In this document: in pieces, positions 1 through 10,483 of the stretch
Position numbering within the stretch: the stretch's first letter is position 1
How the letters are laid out: each line of letters begins with the position of its first letter
Assembly: GCA_028680875.1 (NCBI GenBank)
Contig: JAQUJQ010000001.1
Span: 1-49,165 of the forward strand
Length of the DNA stretch: 49,165 nucleotides
DNA from: Eubacteriales bacterium
GTDB taxonomy: Bacteria > Bacillota > Clostridia > Peptostreptococcales > Anaerovoracaceae
Reading direction: 5' to 3'
Position numbers and translations under genes: made by a program
Notes under the pieces: generated by a model
Seen by the model: the letters and a program-made list of their open reading frames with translations, nothing else
What the model was told of the DNA's origin: nothing
Databases searched by the model: none

Positions 1-1
1 T

Positions 2-145
2 AATGGTGTGGAATTTATAGCCTGCCAGATGTCGATGGATGTGATGGGTGTGAAGAAAGAAGAACTGCTCGATTGTGTAACTGTAGGTGGCGTTGCTACT
101 TACATGGAACGCGCCGAAAATGCTAATGTAAACCTCTTTATATAA
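2..145 (+). CDS. C-terminal end of a DsrE/DsrF-like family protein (5' part outside window)
   Basis: The frame is open from the window edge to TAA at 143-145. The translation is ...FIACQMSMDVMGVKKEELLDCVTVGGVATYMERAENANVNLFI. The family call rests only on remembered similar C-termini. Confidence 0.3.
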   Translation, partial: NGVEFIACQMSMDVMGVKKEELLDCVTVGGVATYMERAENANVNLFI

Positions 146-152
146 TTATACG

Positions 153-626
153 ATGAAAAGATTAATAATTCTGATAGCTATGATGTCCGCTTTGAACTCT
201 TGTGCAAATGCCAATAATAATTCTGATACAACGGATAATACAAACAAATTAAACGATACGATAATGACAACAATTCATTTGACAAAACAACAATTTTTAG
301 AGAAAGTGGTGAATTATGAGACAAATCCCACTGAATGGAAATACCTTGGTGAGAAACCTGCAATAATAGACTTTTATGCTACATGGTGCGGTCCATGCAA
401 GATGCTTTCGCCTGTACTTGAAGAACTTGCGGCAGAATATGGGGACAAATTGGTAATCTACAAGATAGATACCGACAAAGAAAAGGAGCTTGCCGGAGCT
501 TTCGGCATTCGTTCAGTTCCGACACTTTTGTTCGTGCCTATGGAAGGACAACCTCAAATGGCTATGGGGGCACTTGGCAAGGCTGATTTGAAGAAGGCAA
601 TTGAGCAGGTCTTACTTGTAAAATAA
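153..626 (+). CDS. exported/lipoprotein thioredoxin
   Basis: 157 aa. It has an N-terminal signal with a lipobox-like ...ALNSC, the thioredoxin active site WCGPC, and a fold-typical ...SVPTLLF... segment. Confidence 0.85.
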   Translation: MKRLIILIAMMSALNSCANANNNSDTTDNTNKLNDTIMTTIHLTKQQFLEKVVNYETNPTEWKYLGEKPAIIDFYATWCGPCKMLSPVLEELAAEYGDKLVIYKIDTDKEKELAGAFGIRSVPTLLFVPMEGQPQMAMGALGKADLKKAIEQVLLVK

Positions 627-636
627 TAATCTGATC

Positions 637-975
637 ATGGAAAGACTTTGTAAAATCAGAGAAATCCAGCATAATATCGCAGCGTTTGAAAAGAGATTTG
701 TCGAACGCTACGGTATTTGCTTAAATGAGGGTATGATTCTCTGTTCTCTCTTAAAATCGGATCATGGCACTCTCACTTCAGGGGAGTTGAGCGAACTGCT
801 CGGTCTCTCTCATTCAAATACTTCAAAAGTTATTGCCTCTCTTGAAAATAAGTTACTGATTGAAAGGACTTTTTGTGAGAATGACAAACGGAAGATGTGC
901 TTTTCACTGACTTCTGAAGGGAGCCGTCTCATCCAATCTGTCAATTGCGACGAATTGGGAGAGCTGCCTCTCTGA
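637..975 (+). CDS. MarR-like winged-helix transcriptional regulator
   Basis: 112 aa. The segment ...LTSGELSELLGLSHSNTSKVIASLENKLLIER...DKRKMCFSLTSEG is a typical MarR wHTH plus wing. The gene starts 11 nt after the thioredoxin gene. Confidence 0.6.
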   Translation: MERLCKIREIQHNIAAFEKRFVERYGICLNEGMILCSLLKSDHGTLTSGELSELLGLSHSNTSKVIASLENKLLIERTFCENDKRKMCFSLTSEGSRLIQSVNCDELGELPL

Positions 976-1154
976 AAATAGAGCCTGACGGCCGGCGTGA
1001 TTGACCATCTTGGGTGTTGACAGTCGATGATAATCGTTAATGGCAGTCATTTGGAGTAATCCCGAACGGACTTTTCCGGTCAGACTTTATCGTACACTTG
1101 TTGTCAGCAGCCGGTACACGTGCATTTGTCACGTGCTGCATTCGGAAAAACCCG

Positions 1155-2522
1155 TCACCCACGTGTCGTTAGCAGCCGGTACATCTGTTCGAGCAGTGAT
1201 GTTACAAATGACTCTTTGAGTGATGGCTTCATGTATGCCGCGCAAAGAGTCATTTTGTTATGGAATGTGCTCACCGACAGCATAAACGATGGTGAAACGA
1301 ATGCAGGGGAGACCACATACATATCTTCGATGCGGCTGCTGCCGAACCGAGACGTGTCGCTGTCCTGCCGGTTTGTCGTGGCATTCGTGTCGCTGTCTGG
1401 TTGTCCTATCGGAGCATTATCGAGCCTACCGATGTTGGCAATCATAGGAGTGCAGAGCCCTGTGGTCTTGATACTCTCCCAATCGGCTTTGTAACAGTCG
1501 GCAAGAGAATTGTAGTCTGTTGACATCAATTCGCAGCCAAGTACTGTCTGTAGTATGATTTCAGGGTCTGTTACCTTGTCAATCGACTTTTTCGCCTCTC
1601 TGACAAGTTGTGCAAAATCACAGTGTGTAGGGAGCTGTATGTTGAACAGATTTGAGAGATTGCAAATGGTGTTCGGAATGGTTTGATCTGTGTATTTTCG
1701 CAGATTGGCTGAAAATTGGATCTCTTTCGTCTTGTCGGAAACCTTTAGCAATGAACATAGAACGCGGTGATAAACTGCTGTGACAACGGCATTTATCGAA
1801 CTGCCATGAGCCTTGGCAAATCTGAAGATATTGTCCACCTCTTCTTCGGAAAATCGGATAGTACGGTAGTCAAACTGCTGTTCTGCAGATAAATCTCCTA
1901 TCGTAGTTCCCCATGTGGCAGTCATATCGCCAAGCAGGGAAGGGTTGAATCTTGAAGCTTTGTCGGTAACGGCGAAATGGCGGTAAAATGATTCGGTTCC
2001 ACGGCGGGATGCAACCTCCTGCGGTCTGAAATCTGGATTCTTTTCAACTTCGCAATACATTTCGGCAAGCAGTCGTACAAATTCGAGTGCACCTCCTGCA
2101 TCACAAAGGGCGTGATGTGTCTTTATCACTAAAAATGTGTTGTTGCCGCTTTTGACCATTATCAGTTTGAGAGGGCAATCTCTTTCTGCATCAATCTTTT
2201 CTCCAAGGGCGAGCTTGATCTCTTTTTCAGAGTCATCGGATTCGATAGATCTGCATAATTGCTGAATATCGAATGGTTGTTCTTTCCATTGCGGGATGGT
2301 CTCGTTCTTGTCAAAAATACATCCCAGAATCGGCTCTCTTATTATACAGCAATTCAGTGCTTGTTGTAATGTATTTATACTAAGATTGTTATCTGTTTTC
2401 AGTACAAATTGGATCAGTGCATTGGAGTTGCACTCCCGGGCGACAAAATTGAACCAGTCAAAAGGAGTAGTGTCGAAATGAGCCATCTCTGTGATATTGT
2501 TTGTTAATCGTATTGTTTTCAA
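1155..2522 (-). CDS. condensation-domain / HHxxxDG acyltransferase family protein
   Basis: 455-aa uninterrupted ORF. It carries the catalytic-type motif THHALCDAGG (HHxxxDG) seen in NRPS C-domain and WS/DGAT-like acyltransferases. Confidence 0.55.
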   Translation of the reverse strand: MKTIRLTNNITEMAHFDTTPFDWFNFVARECNSNALIQFVLKTDNNLSINTLQQALNCCIIREPILGCIFDKNETIPQWKEQPFDIQQLCRSIESDDSEKEIKLALGEKIDAERDCPLKLIMVKSGNNTFLVIKTHHALCDAGGALEFVRLLAEMYCEVEKNPDFRPQEVASRRGTESFYRHFAVTDKASRFNPSLLGDMTATWGTTIGDLSAEQQFDYRTIRFSEEEVDNIFRFAKAHGSSINAVVTAVYHRVLCSLLKVSDKTKEIQFSANLRKYTDQTIPNTICNLSNLFNIQLPTHCDFAQLVREAKKSIDKVTDPEIILQTVLGCELMSTDYNSLADCYKADWESIKTTGLCTPMIANIGRLDNAPIGQPDSDTNATTNRQDSDTSRFGSSRIEDMYVVSPAFVSPSFMLSVSTFHNKMTLCAAYMKPSLKESFVTSLLEQMYRLLTTRG

Positions 2523-2652
2523 ATGTTAAGGTCCGTTTGTCCGAAAAGGGGTGCAAATTTAGCAAATAATATTGTATATGTAATAGCAAGTCGGTATATG
2601 CAAACAAATCGGGCTTTGCGGGCCCGATTCCTCTGTTTGAAGATGTGAAAAT

Positions 2653-4161
2653 TTATTTTTTGGTAGTAATTTCGACTATCGATTCTTTCTCTTTTTTGTT
2701 GACATTAATTGAAGAGATACTGTCCGGATCCATTGCCTGCATCTCCTTGTCGGTGATTTTTTTGCCATCAACGAAAATTTGTACGTTTTCATTATCCGAA
2801 CCTTCTGTGGCTTTGATTGTTACTGATCGAAAATCCCCTTTCAGGAGGTCCTTTCCGTCTTTGGTAACATTAATGGTAATAGTGGCATTATCATCTGAGC
2901 CATCGGAAGACGTTTTGATAGAAACGGATTTGCTTTCAGACATTTTGACTTTGTCGGACTTGTTGATTATAATAGTTTCTATTTCCGATGCATCAATTTT
3001 GTCGGACTTGTCGCCATAACTTATGACTTCGACATTTTGTGTCACCTTCACTTCAGGTTTGAGGTTGATGCGAACTTCTTTTCTGCCATTTGACTTATCA
3101 ACATTAATGTTTGATATCATGTTGTGGTTCAGAGCATCAACGATTCCTTTGGTGACCTTTACGTCATTGACATAATAGATAACAGAGTCTGCTGATGCGA
3201 TACCTGCTTCGGCTTCTTTGTTATATGAGGCTTCGGCATCCTTGTAGGTGGTTTTGGTCTTAGCGGAGGTCATAAGGGTTATCCCGATGACAGGAATGAT
3301 AAATAGCACTTTCCAAAGTGCTGCGGATGAAGATTTTTTAGATAACATCATTGTAATACGATTTTTAAGAACATTATGATTAAAACTGTTGGCAACTGAA
3401 TAGAAATTGTTTCCAACGGCCTTTTTGATTAATAACAGTTGGTATTGTCCGGCATTAATGCCGCTTTTAAGTACACGGTCATCTGCCTGATATTCATGGA
3501 TGGATCTCAGGTCGCTGCGAAGCATCCACATTGCAGGATTAAACCATTGGAAAGCGGTAAGAATGTCTGTAAATAGGATGTCGCATGAGTGTTTGAGTGC
3601 AATGTGGGCCTTCTCATGCAGGATTATTTCATCAAGCGCGGATTCGCTCAAGCCATCTGCCGAAGTTGCCATGCAATTTTCGGAAGAAAGGAAATCATTT
3701 TCAGAAATGACTATGTAGGACATCCTGCTGAAAGGGGAGACAGGCTCCGAAGTGACATATATTTCAGTGCCGTCTTTCCCGATTTCTTTGCGTGAGTGTC
3801 TGATGAGGGATAGTACCTTATGTATTGAACGGAAAGTCTTGAAAAGCACAAATATGGCTCCCATTGCAACGATTCCGAGTATGATTTCAGGCCAGAGGGA
3901 AGATTTTTCGGCTATTTTCGACACTGTGTCTGTTGCTGTTTCGGTTTGAGTTACGGCTTTAGAGATAGGAACTTCCACCACTTTTTCGATAGTGATGATG
4001 CAGAAGGGGAGGATGAATGACATTGCAGCTGTCGCGAGCAACACAATCCTGTTTACACGGTGAAATGTCTCCTTGCTGAGCAACAGGCGATAAAACATAT
4101 AGAAGACCGCCATTATGACAGCTGTTTTCAGCAGATAAATAAGTATGGCAAGTGCATTCAT
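2653..4161 (-). CDS. BlaR1/MecR1-type M56 metallopeptidase sensor
   Basis: 502 aa. It has N-terminal TM helices and the zinc motif HEKAH (...ILHEKAHIALKH). The gene is translationally coupled to the upstream BlaI-like gene, sharing nt 4161. Confidence 0.75.
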   Translation of the reverse strand: MNALAILIYLLKTAVIMAVFYMFYRLLLSKETFHRVNRIVLLATAAMSFILPFCIITIEKVVEVPISKAVTQTETATDTVSKIAEKSSLWPEIILGIVAMGAIFVLFKTFRSIHKVLSLIRHSRKEIGKDGTEIYVTSEPVSPFSRMSYIVISENDFLSSENCMATSADGLSESALDEIILHEKAHIALKHSCDILFTDILTAFQWFNPAMWMLRSDLRSIHEYQADDRVLKSGINAGQYQLLLIKKAVGNNFYSVANSFNHNVLKNRITMMLSKKSSSAALWKVLFIIPVIGITLMTSAKTKTTYKDAEASYNKEAEAGIASADSVIYYVNDVKVTKGIVDALNHNMISNINVDKSNGRKEVRINLKPEVKVTQNVEVISYGDKSDKIDASEIETIIINKSDKVKMSESKSVSIKTSSDGSDDNATITINVTKDGKDLLKGDFRSVTIKATEGSDNENVQIFVDGKKITDKEMQAMDPDSISSINVNKKEKESIVEITTKK

Positions 4162-4523
4162 TATTTTGAGGATGAGTTAACCTTGTTGATAAGTTCTTTG
4201 AGTTCGTCGATGGAGATTTTTTCCTCTTTGACAAGAGCGGAGACCGCATCAAGATAAGATCCGTCAAAGAAATTGGAAACCATGCTGCTGATGGCGTTTT
4301 TGCCGTATTCTTCCTTTGAAACGACAGAGTAGTACTGGTATGTGCTGCCATATACGTTGTGAGAAAGGTATCCATTGCTTTCAAGGATCCTTACCATTGT
4401 GGAAATGGTGTTGAAGTGTGGTTTGGGGTCGGGATACAAGGCTACCAGATCTTTGACGAACATCGGACCGGATTGCCAGAAAAATTCCATTATTTCACTC
4501 TCTTTATTAGTAAGTCTTTTCAT
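4161..4523 (-). CDS. BlaI/MecI/CopY family transcriptional repressor
   Basis: 120 aa. The sequence ...LTNKESEIMEFFWQSGPMFVKDLVALYPDPKPHFNTISTMVRILESNGYL... is typical of the penicillinase-repressor wHTH. It is paired with the M56 sensor. Confidence 0.8.
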   Translation of the reverse strand: MKRLTNKESEIMEFFWQSGPMFVKDLVALYPDPKPHFNTISTMVRILESNGYLSHNVYGSTYQYYSVVSKEEYGKNAISSMVSNFFDGSYLDAVSALVKEEKISIDELKELINKVNSSSK

Positions 4524-4935
4524 TGTATAAACGTTTTAACTTTCACGCTGCAAATGTAACTATATTTTTTAATTATGCAACTAAAAAATTTAATTACTTG
4601 ACTATAAATTTTAGTTAAAGAGCATAAATATTTGTAAATAAGCATATTATAAATAGTATATTTCATTATTAACAATCAGCATGATCTATATAACGATAGC
4701 TGAGCGACAGGTGGAAGAGGCATCCGGAGGGCGTTTTCGTTCGCAGACACTCAATGTAGTTATTGATAGCTTTTATCCATTTATGTATGTTGAAATTTAA
4801 ATACAAAGAGCTTTTATTGGACAAAGGGAATGGAATTTGTATCTTTACAAGTGGAAATTTAGTTAGCAGATTCGACAATGAATACAAAAATTGAAGATTG
4901 TCTTGTATGTAAATAAACCATCAAATTATATAAAT

Positions 4936-5781
4936 ATGAAAAAATCTTTGTCGTTTTTAGGAATCGTAGCAGTAACAAGTCTGTTACTTTGTTCGTGTGA
5001 TAAGCCTCAAGTGCAGTTTAAGACGCTTACGTGCAATGAGGTTTTCAAATCTGAAAAAGTTATCGAAAAGTTCCATCCTGCAGAAGATGCTGTGCACGGA
5101 ATTGGTTTCAATCTTCATTTTACGTACCCTGTTTCAGGGGTTGATGAGGCGCTGATACCTGTGATGCAGAATGCTCTGGTGGAGTCTTTCTTTAGTGGCA
5201 TGTATCCGGGAATGGAACCGGAGGCTGCTTTTGATACATTCATCCAGGCTAATCGCCAGGACTATTTGAATGAAATTGATGCATGTATCGGTGATTGTGA
5301 TGAAATGGTTGGAGGGCTGTTTTCATGGAAAATTTATATCGTAGATACGATCTGTTTTCAGAATGACAGATTAATCCAGTTTCAAACAGATGGTTATGGT
5401 TATACCGGGGGTGCTCATGGGACGACTTGGTACACGGGAGTATTGTTCGATCTGGAGCAGGGGAGGATGTTGACTTCTGATGATGTATTTGTATCTGATG
5501 CAGAACCGCTTAAAGATCTGCTGATTGAAGAATATCTGAAGACTAATGAAGAGTTGAGAAATAGTGATGATGCTTCGAATATTGCCGGAATCAGAAATAA
5601 CACATGGAATGGCCAGACACATTTTGCAATCACAGATGATGGTATTTATTTTATGTATGACTCTTATGCACTTGGTTATTATGCACTTGGCTCACCAAAA
5701 CTGTTTCTTTCATACGATCGGCTCAAAGGTCTGATCCGCGAAGACTCGCCGGTATATGACATTGCAAATGCGGTGAAATAA
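4936..5781 (+). CDS. lipoprotein with DUF3298/DUF4163 (RsiV-like) domains
   Basis: The start was moved from the track's TTG at 4891 to the ATG at 4936 (MKKSLSFLGIVAVTSLLLCSC lipobox). The YGYTGGAHG motif is typical of DUF3298. Confidence 0.55.
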   Translation: MKKSLSFLGIVAVTSLLLCSCDKPQVQFKTLTCNEVFKSEKVIEKFHPAEDAVHGIGFNLHFTYPVSGVDEALIPVMQNALVESFFSGMYPGMEPEAAFDTFIQANRQDYLNEIDACIGDCDEMVGGLFSWKIYIVDTICFQNDRLIQFQTDGYGYTGGAHGTTWYTGVLFDLEQGRMLTSDDVFVSDAEPLKDLLIEEYLKTNEELRNSDDASNIAGIRNNTWNGQTHFAITDDGIYFMYDSYALGYYALGSPKLFLSYDRLKGLIREDSPVYDIANAVK

Positions 5782-5823
5782 AACGGACCGGTAGTCGGAA
5801 ACGTATCTTTCTGAAAATAAATT

Positions 5824-5873
5824 AAATAGAGATTTAGTAACTCGCTGAGTTTTATCTAAATCTCTATTTTTTT
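5824..5873 (+). terminator. intrinsic terminator after the lipoprotein gene
   Basis: A 14-bp stem AAATAGAGATTTAG (5824-5837) pairs with CTAAATCTCTATTT (5856-5869) and is followed by a T-run. Confidence 0.6.
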
Positions 5874-5930
5874 GTCACATATAGGTAAAAATTAGAGGGA
5901 AAATCATATTAACCTGAGTATATTTTATCT

Positions 5931-6016
5931 AAAAAAGACGAGACAGCAAGCTGCCCCGTCTTAAATGTTTTCACAACGGAATAATCCTTATTGTGATTTG
6001 CTTAAAATTTGTTCTG
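5931..6016 (-). ncRNA. tracrRNA (type II-C), divergent from cas9; 5' end uncertain
   Basis: On the minus strand, 6012->5990 reads ACAAATTTTAAGCAAATCACAAT. This is complementary to nt 1-24 of the crRNA-sense repeat GTTGTGATTTGCTTTAAAATTTGT, with one bulged U and a G:U at nt 1. A stem region follows, then the terminator GACGGGGCAGCTTGCTGTCTCGTC (5960->5937) plus T6 (5936->5931). Confidence 0.7.
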
Positions 6017-6105
6017 CGAAGATAGGTATTTTTTATTAGTAATCAAATAATTCCGTAAAATAAATTTTTATTCTTAACTTTATAGTCTATTAAACAGAAT
6101 AGACT

Positions 6106-9100
6106 ATGAAAAAGATTTTAGGTCTCGACTTAGGTACCAACAGCATCGGATGGGCGGTGGTTAATGCGAATGAAGATGGAACTCCTACAACTATTGAAGG
6201 AATGGGTAGCCGGATTATCCCAATGGGAGCAGACAAAATTAGTTATGAAAAGGGAGCAGGCATAACAAAAAATGCCGATAGGCGAGCAAAACGTACTGCA
6301 CGCAAGGGAAATAAACGATACAAACAACGTCGGGATAAGTTGCTGTTTGTTTTAAATGAACTTGGAATGCTTCCTGAACAATTTATTGTGAGGCATAAGG
6401 TGCGTGATGAAAAAGGAAAGTTAACGGATGAATATGCCGATGGTTTTCCGGATTCTAACCATTTGCAGGATTTAGTATTAGAGCCTATAAAAAAGAATTC
6501 ACTACAACTAACTTCAAAAACATATTATGAAAAGCGAGTAAATGCTATACACAACAAAGTTGATAATTTAAGTGATTTGGGTAAAATTTTATACCAATTC
6601 AATCAATTACGCGGTTATGCAGGTGGAAATAGAAATGATGAAAAAAATAAAAAGGCTGAAAATGTTGAGGATGAAGAAAATAAAAAATACGAGGTGTTTA
6701 CTGCAAAATGTTTGATTACCGACATCGAAAAATCAGACTATATTTTTAAGGTTAAAGGTGGAATAAATAAGGGACAAGAATTACCAAAATATATTGTAAC
6801 ACTTATAAGTGATGATAAGGAATATAGAGGTGAAACAGAATTGCAGACATTGGAAAAAGATAAAGATGAAGAATTAGAAATAAGAATAAAAAGGACAAAA
6901 AAGGGAGAAACGATAACATTTGCATTGCCGCAAAAGACAAATTGGCGAAAGCAAATGGAAAAAACGGAAGAAACGTTAAATGAAAGGAACAAATACAAAC
7001 ATTATTATATCGGTGAATTGTTGTTAGATGATTTGAAAGAAAATCAATGGACAAAAATCAGAAATCGAGTAATTTTACGCAAGCGTTATCAAGAGGAATT
7101 TGACGCTATATGGGAAACTCAGTCTCAATATTTTGATGTCCTGAAATTATGTTCAAAAGAATCACTTCAACGTATCACAAACTATTTGTATCCCGGTAAT
7201 GGCGAAAATCAAATAAAACTGAGAAATGAAGCAATAGAAAAAGGCTTATACCACATAATAAGAAATCAAATAATTTATTATCAACGTCCGTTGAAACCAC
7301 AAACTGATTTAATTGCTAATTGCCAATTTGAAAAAGATGAAAAAGTTACGCCTGAATCAAATCCTATTTTTCAAGAATTTCGCTGCTGGCAACAAATCAA
7401 CAACCTTTATGTCACTTCAAAACAGAAAGTTTTTGATGAGCGTAAAAAGAAGGAAGTTTATAAATATAAAGATAGATACCTTACAGATGAACAAAGAGAG
7501 GCTCTTTATGATAAATTACAGATTCAGAAACAGTTGGGCTTTGGCGAAGTCGCCAAAATTGTTCAACTGAAAGATGACAAAACAGAATATTTGAATGGAC
7601 TTAATGTAAAAGCAAAGTTAAAAGGCTGTGATACCAATATTTCTATACGAAAGATTTTAGGTGCCTATGCCGAAGAATTAGAAAATAAAAATACTAATAT
7701 TATTAGTGAAATTTGGAATATACTTTATTACAAAACAGGGAATGAATATGATGTTGATAGTGATAATGTTAAATCGCTAATTAATACTTTGTGCCAATAT
7801 GTTGATAAACAAATTGCGACTGAATTATCTTTGAATCTGGCACAAAAAATAAGTTTTACCAAAAAATATAAAAGCCTATCTGTAAAGGCTATCAATAATA
7901 TTTTGCCTTTAATGAAAAGCGGCAAGTATTATTCCAATGAGAAATTATCTGCTGCTTCAATTGATAAATACAATAAAATAGTCAACACAATAAACACAGG
8001 AGAGATAGATGATTCAACCGAATTGTATATGGTTGATTATCTGTATAATAATTCGGACTTGATAGAAAAAGGTGGAATGATGTACGCTTTTGCAACTTCG
8101 TTGGTTTATGGCAGTCATTCAAATACGAAAATTAAACCTTCTATTACAAACTATCACGATATTGTTTACACCGAGCGAAATTTGCGGAACCCTATTGTTG
8201 AGCAAATTACAAATGAAACCATGCAAATAATAAAGGCTATTTGGAAACAATATAAATTTAATCCGCAGGAATTGGAAATACGTGTTGAGTTGGCTCGCGA
8301 GTTGAAAAATAGTGCCGTAGAGCGTGAGCGGATATATAAAAGTCAAATCAAAAATAAAAAGATAAACGACTCAATAAAGCAGCGTTTAATAGAGCTTAAT
8401 CAAGAAGCCTCTTCTACAAATATAGATAAATACAAATTGTGGAGTAAACAAAGTACCGAAGACTATCCTATATTTAAAGACATAAAATCACCTACCCAAG
8501 ATGAGATCCAACGTTTGAGAATATGGGAAGAGCAAAAGTGTGTCTCTCCTTATACAAACAAGCCTATTCCTCTGTCAAAACTGTTTGATACAAGAGAATA
8601 TGACATAGACCATATTATTCCAAAAGCCCGTTTTTTTGACGATTCAATGGCAAACAAAGTAATATGCGAATCAAATATAAACGAAGAAAAAAGTAATCGG
8701 ACTGCATGGGAATATATAACGCAACAAACGAGTAAACATAAAATCTTTGATGTAGAAGCATATATTAAGCATGTTAATGATAATTTTTTCGGGCAAAAGA
8801 AAAAGAATTTATTATTGGAAAAAATACCGACCGATTGCGTTACTCGTCAAATAAAAGACACACAATATATTTCGGTTGCAGTAAAAAGCGAATTAGCAAA
8901 AATTGTGGGGAGCGATAATGTCAAAAGTTCTACCGGCGAAATAACAAGTTTTTTGCGTAGCCATTGGGGATTGAAAAAATTGTTCATGGAATTGACGGAG
9001 TCCAGATTTAAGCAAATGGAATTATGGGATGAAACAAAAGAATGGGTAAAACGATATTATGATAAAGACAAAGGGAAAAATGTATATGAAATAGAAAATT

Positions 9101-10479
9101 GGAGTAAGCGTTATGACCACCGTCACCATTCAATTGACGCATTAGTTGTTGCAATGACAACTCAAAAACATATTCAGGCATTGAATAATCTGAATAAGGA
9201 AATGCAAGATTGGCTTAACGAAAACAAAGATGCCATAAAATTGGATGTGGCAGAAGGCGAATCGCTCATTGAAGCCTTTTTCAATTTGGAAGAAAAACGC
9301 AGAGAAGAAATTCAGAAAAAAATGCCAAGTTTTAGGAAGTTTGATTCTCCAATAAACAATTTAGTTTCTGAATCCAAAAAAATATTGGAAACAATGATTG
9401 TTTCTCAAAAGCCAAAGAACGCTTTGTCTGTCCAATATAGCGATAAAACAAAGAAAAAGGAGTTGCGAATACGAGGTGCTTTACATGAAGAAACTTATTA
9501 CGGCAAGCATAAAGGGCAAGACACGAAAATCGTTGATATATCTAATTTGTCAGCCAAAGATATTGATAAAATTCTTGATGTCACAAAAGGCGGATTAAAA
9601 GATGAAATAAATGCGCATAGAAATAAAAAAGATGAAAATGGAAAAGAAAAATACAATTCAATGAAAGAGGCTTTTTCCGGTGAGGGTTTAATTGATTTTA
9701 ATGAAACAAGAAAATTGAATGGGAAACCGCCTGTTTATAAAATAAAACTACGCTACAATACAAAAGAGAAAAAAGAGAGCGGATTGCAAGTATTGTATGA
9801 TGAGCATAAGGGAAAAAATCAAAAATTGAGTGTTGTTACAGGAAATAATTATTTGTTTGTTGTGATGGAAAAAACGAATAAAAAGGGAGAAACCGAGAGA
9901 TGTTTTGATATTGTTTCATTGTTTGATGCTGCAAAATATGCAAAAAATAATATGGACGGAAATTTTATAGACGATATTACAAGTGTTGTTTGTAAAGAGA
10001 ATAAAGCAAATAAAGTTTTGTTTACTTTGCAACAAAACGATTTGGTCTATTGTCCTGAATCCGTTGATGATTCAATTCTGCGTATGACTAACGAAGAATT
10101 AAAGAAATGCCTTGAAAACGATGACAATAAAAAAGCATTCGTTTCGAGAATCTATAAAGTTGTAAAATTTACAGGGAAAGATTGTTTCTTTATTCCAAAT
10201 AATTATGCAAACAGTATTAGCGTACAAAAAAAATTATCTGAGGAAGAAAAAGATTTTTTGAAGAAAGAAAAATATAAAGATAAAACCATTCCAAAAACAG
10301 AGTTGTTTATTGAAGAATTCGGTTCTTTTGGGAATTGTGTAAAAACTATTCCTAATGCTGACTTTGTTAAGCGTTTAAAGGCAAAAGCAAATGTTGAAGA
10401 TAAGATTATCAAGATACAAGATATTTGTGTAAAATTAAATATTGATTGGCTTGGTAATGTATCAATTATCAAAATGTAG
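6106..10479 (+). CDS. cas9: Cas9, type II-C (large Bacteroidota form, 1457 aa)
   Basis: RuvC-I is LGLDLGTNSIGWAV. HNH is DIDHIIPKARFFDDSMANKVICESNINEEKSNRTAWEY. RuvC-III is HHSIDALVVAMT. The gene is followed by cas1 and cas2, with no csn2 or cas4. Confidence 0.97.
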   Translation: MKKILGLDLGTNSIGWAVVNANEDGTPTTIEGMGSRIIPMGADKISYEKGAGITKNADRRAKRTARKGNKRYKQRRDKLLFVLNELGMLPEQFIVRHKVRDEKGKLTDEYADGFPDSNHLQDLVLEPIKKNSLQLTSKTYYEKRVNAIHNKVDNLSDLGKILYQFNQLRGYAGGNRNDEKNKKAENVEDEENKKYEVFTAKCLITDIEKSDYIFKVKGGINKGQELPKYIVTLISDDKEYRGETELQTLEKDKDEELEIRIKRTKKGETITFALPQKTNWRKQMEKTEETLNERNKYKHYYIGELLLDDLKENQWTKIRNRVILRKRYQEEFDAIWETQSQYFDVLKLCSKESLQRITNYLYPGNGENQIKLRNEAIEKGLYHIIRNQIIYYQRPLKPQTDLIANCQFEKDEKVTPESNPIFQEFRCWQQINNLYVTSKQKVFDERKKKEVYKYKDRYLTDEQREALYDKLQIQKQLGFGEVAKIVQLKDDKTEYLNGLNVKAKLKGCDTNISIRKILGAYAEELENKNTNIISEIWNILYYKTGNEYDVDSDNVKSLINTLCQYVDKQIATELSLNLAQKISFTKKYKSLSVKAINNILPLMKSGKYYSNEKLSAASIDKYNKIVNTINTGEIDDSTELYMVDYLYNNSDLIEKGGMMYAFATSLVYGSHSNTKIKPSITNYHDIVYTERNLRNPIVEQITNETMQIIKAIWKQYKFNPQELEIRVELARELKNSAVERERIYKSQIKNKKINDSIKQRLIELNQEASSTNIDKYKLWSKQSTEDYPIFKDIKSPTQDEIQRLRIWEEQKCVSPYTNKPIPLSKLFDTREYDIDHIIPKARFFDDSMANKVICESNINEEKSNRTAWEYITQQTSKHKIFDVEAYIKHVNDNFFGQKKKNLLLEKIPTDCVTRQIKDTQYISVAVKSELAKIVGSDNVKSSTGEITSFLRSHWGLKKLFMELTESRFKQMELWDETKEWVKRYYDKDKGKNVYEIENWSKRYDHRHHSIDALVVAMTTQKHIQALNNLNKEMQDWLNENKDAIKLDVAEGESLIEAFFNLEEKRREEIQKKMPSFRKFDSPINNLVSESKKILETMIVSQKPKNALSVQYSDKTKKKELRIRGALHEETYYGKHKGQDTKIVDISNLSAKDIDKILDVTKGGLKDEINAHRNKKDENGKEKYNSMKEAFSGEGLIDFNETRKLNGKPPVYKIKLRYNTKEKKESGLQVLYDEHKGKNQKLSVVTGNNYLFVVMEKTNKKGETERCFDIVSLFDAAKYAKNNMDGNFIDDITSVVCKENKANKVLFTLQQNDLVYCPESVDDSILRMTNEELKKCLENDDNKKAFVSRIYKVVKFTGKDCFFIPNNYANSISVQKKLSEEEKDFLKKEKYKDKTIPKTELFIEEFGSFGNCVKTIPNADFVKRLKAKANVEDKIIKIQDICVKLNIDWLGNVSIIKM

Positions 10480-10483
10480 TATT

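Noticed and set aside
1120-1494. 124-aa plus-strand ORF. Other antisense ORFs lie inside long genes, for example 2645-3019, 22234-22593, 24721-25038, 38258-38587, 39025-39474, 40247-40579, 44256-44579 and 45636-45995.
   Set aside because: Each lies wholly inside a longer ORF on the opposite strand that has clear family motifs. Their composition is typical of shadow frames.
4579-4616. Imperfect inverted repeat AACTAAAAAATTTA...TAAATTTTAGTT upstream of the BlaI-like gene, as a possible operator
   Set aside because: The site is plausible, but the region is extremely AT-rich, the match is imperfect, and I cannot tie it to a known BlaI operator consensus.
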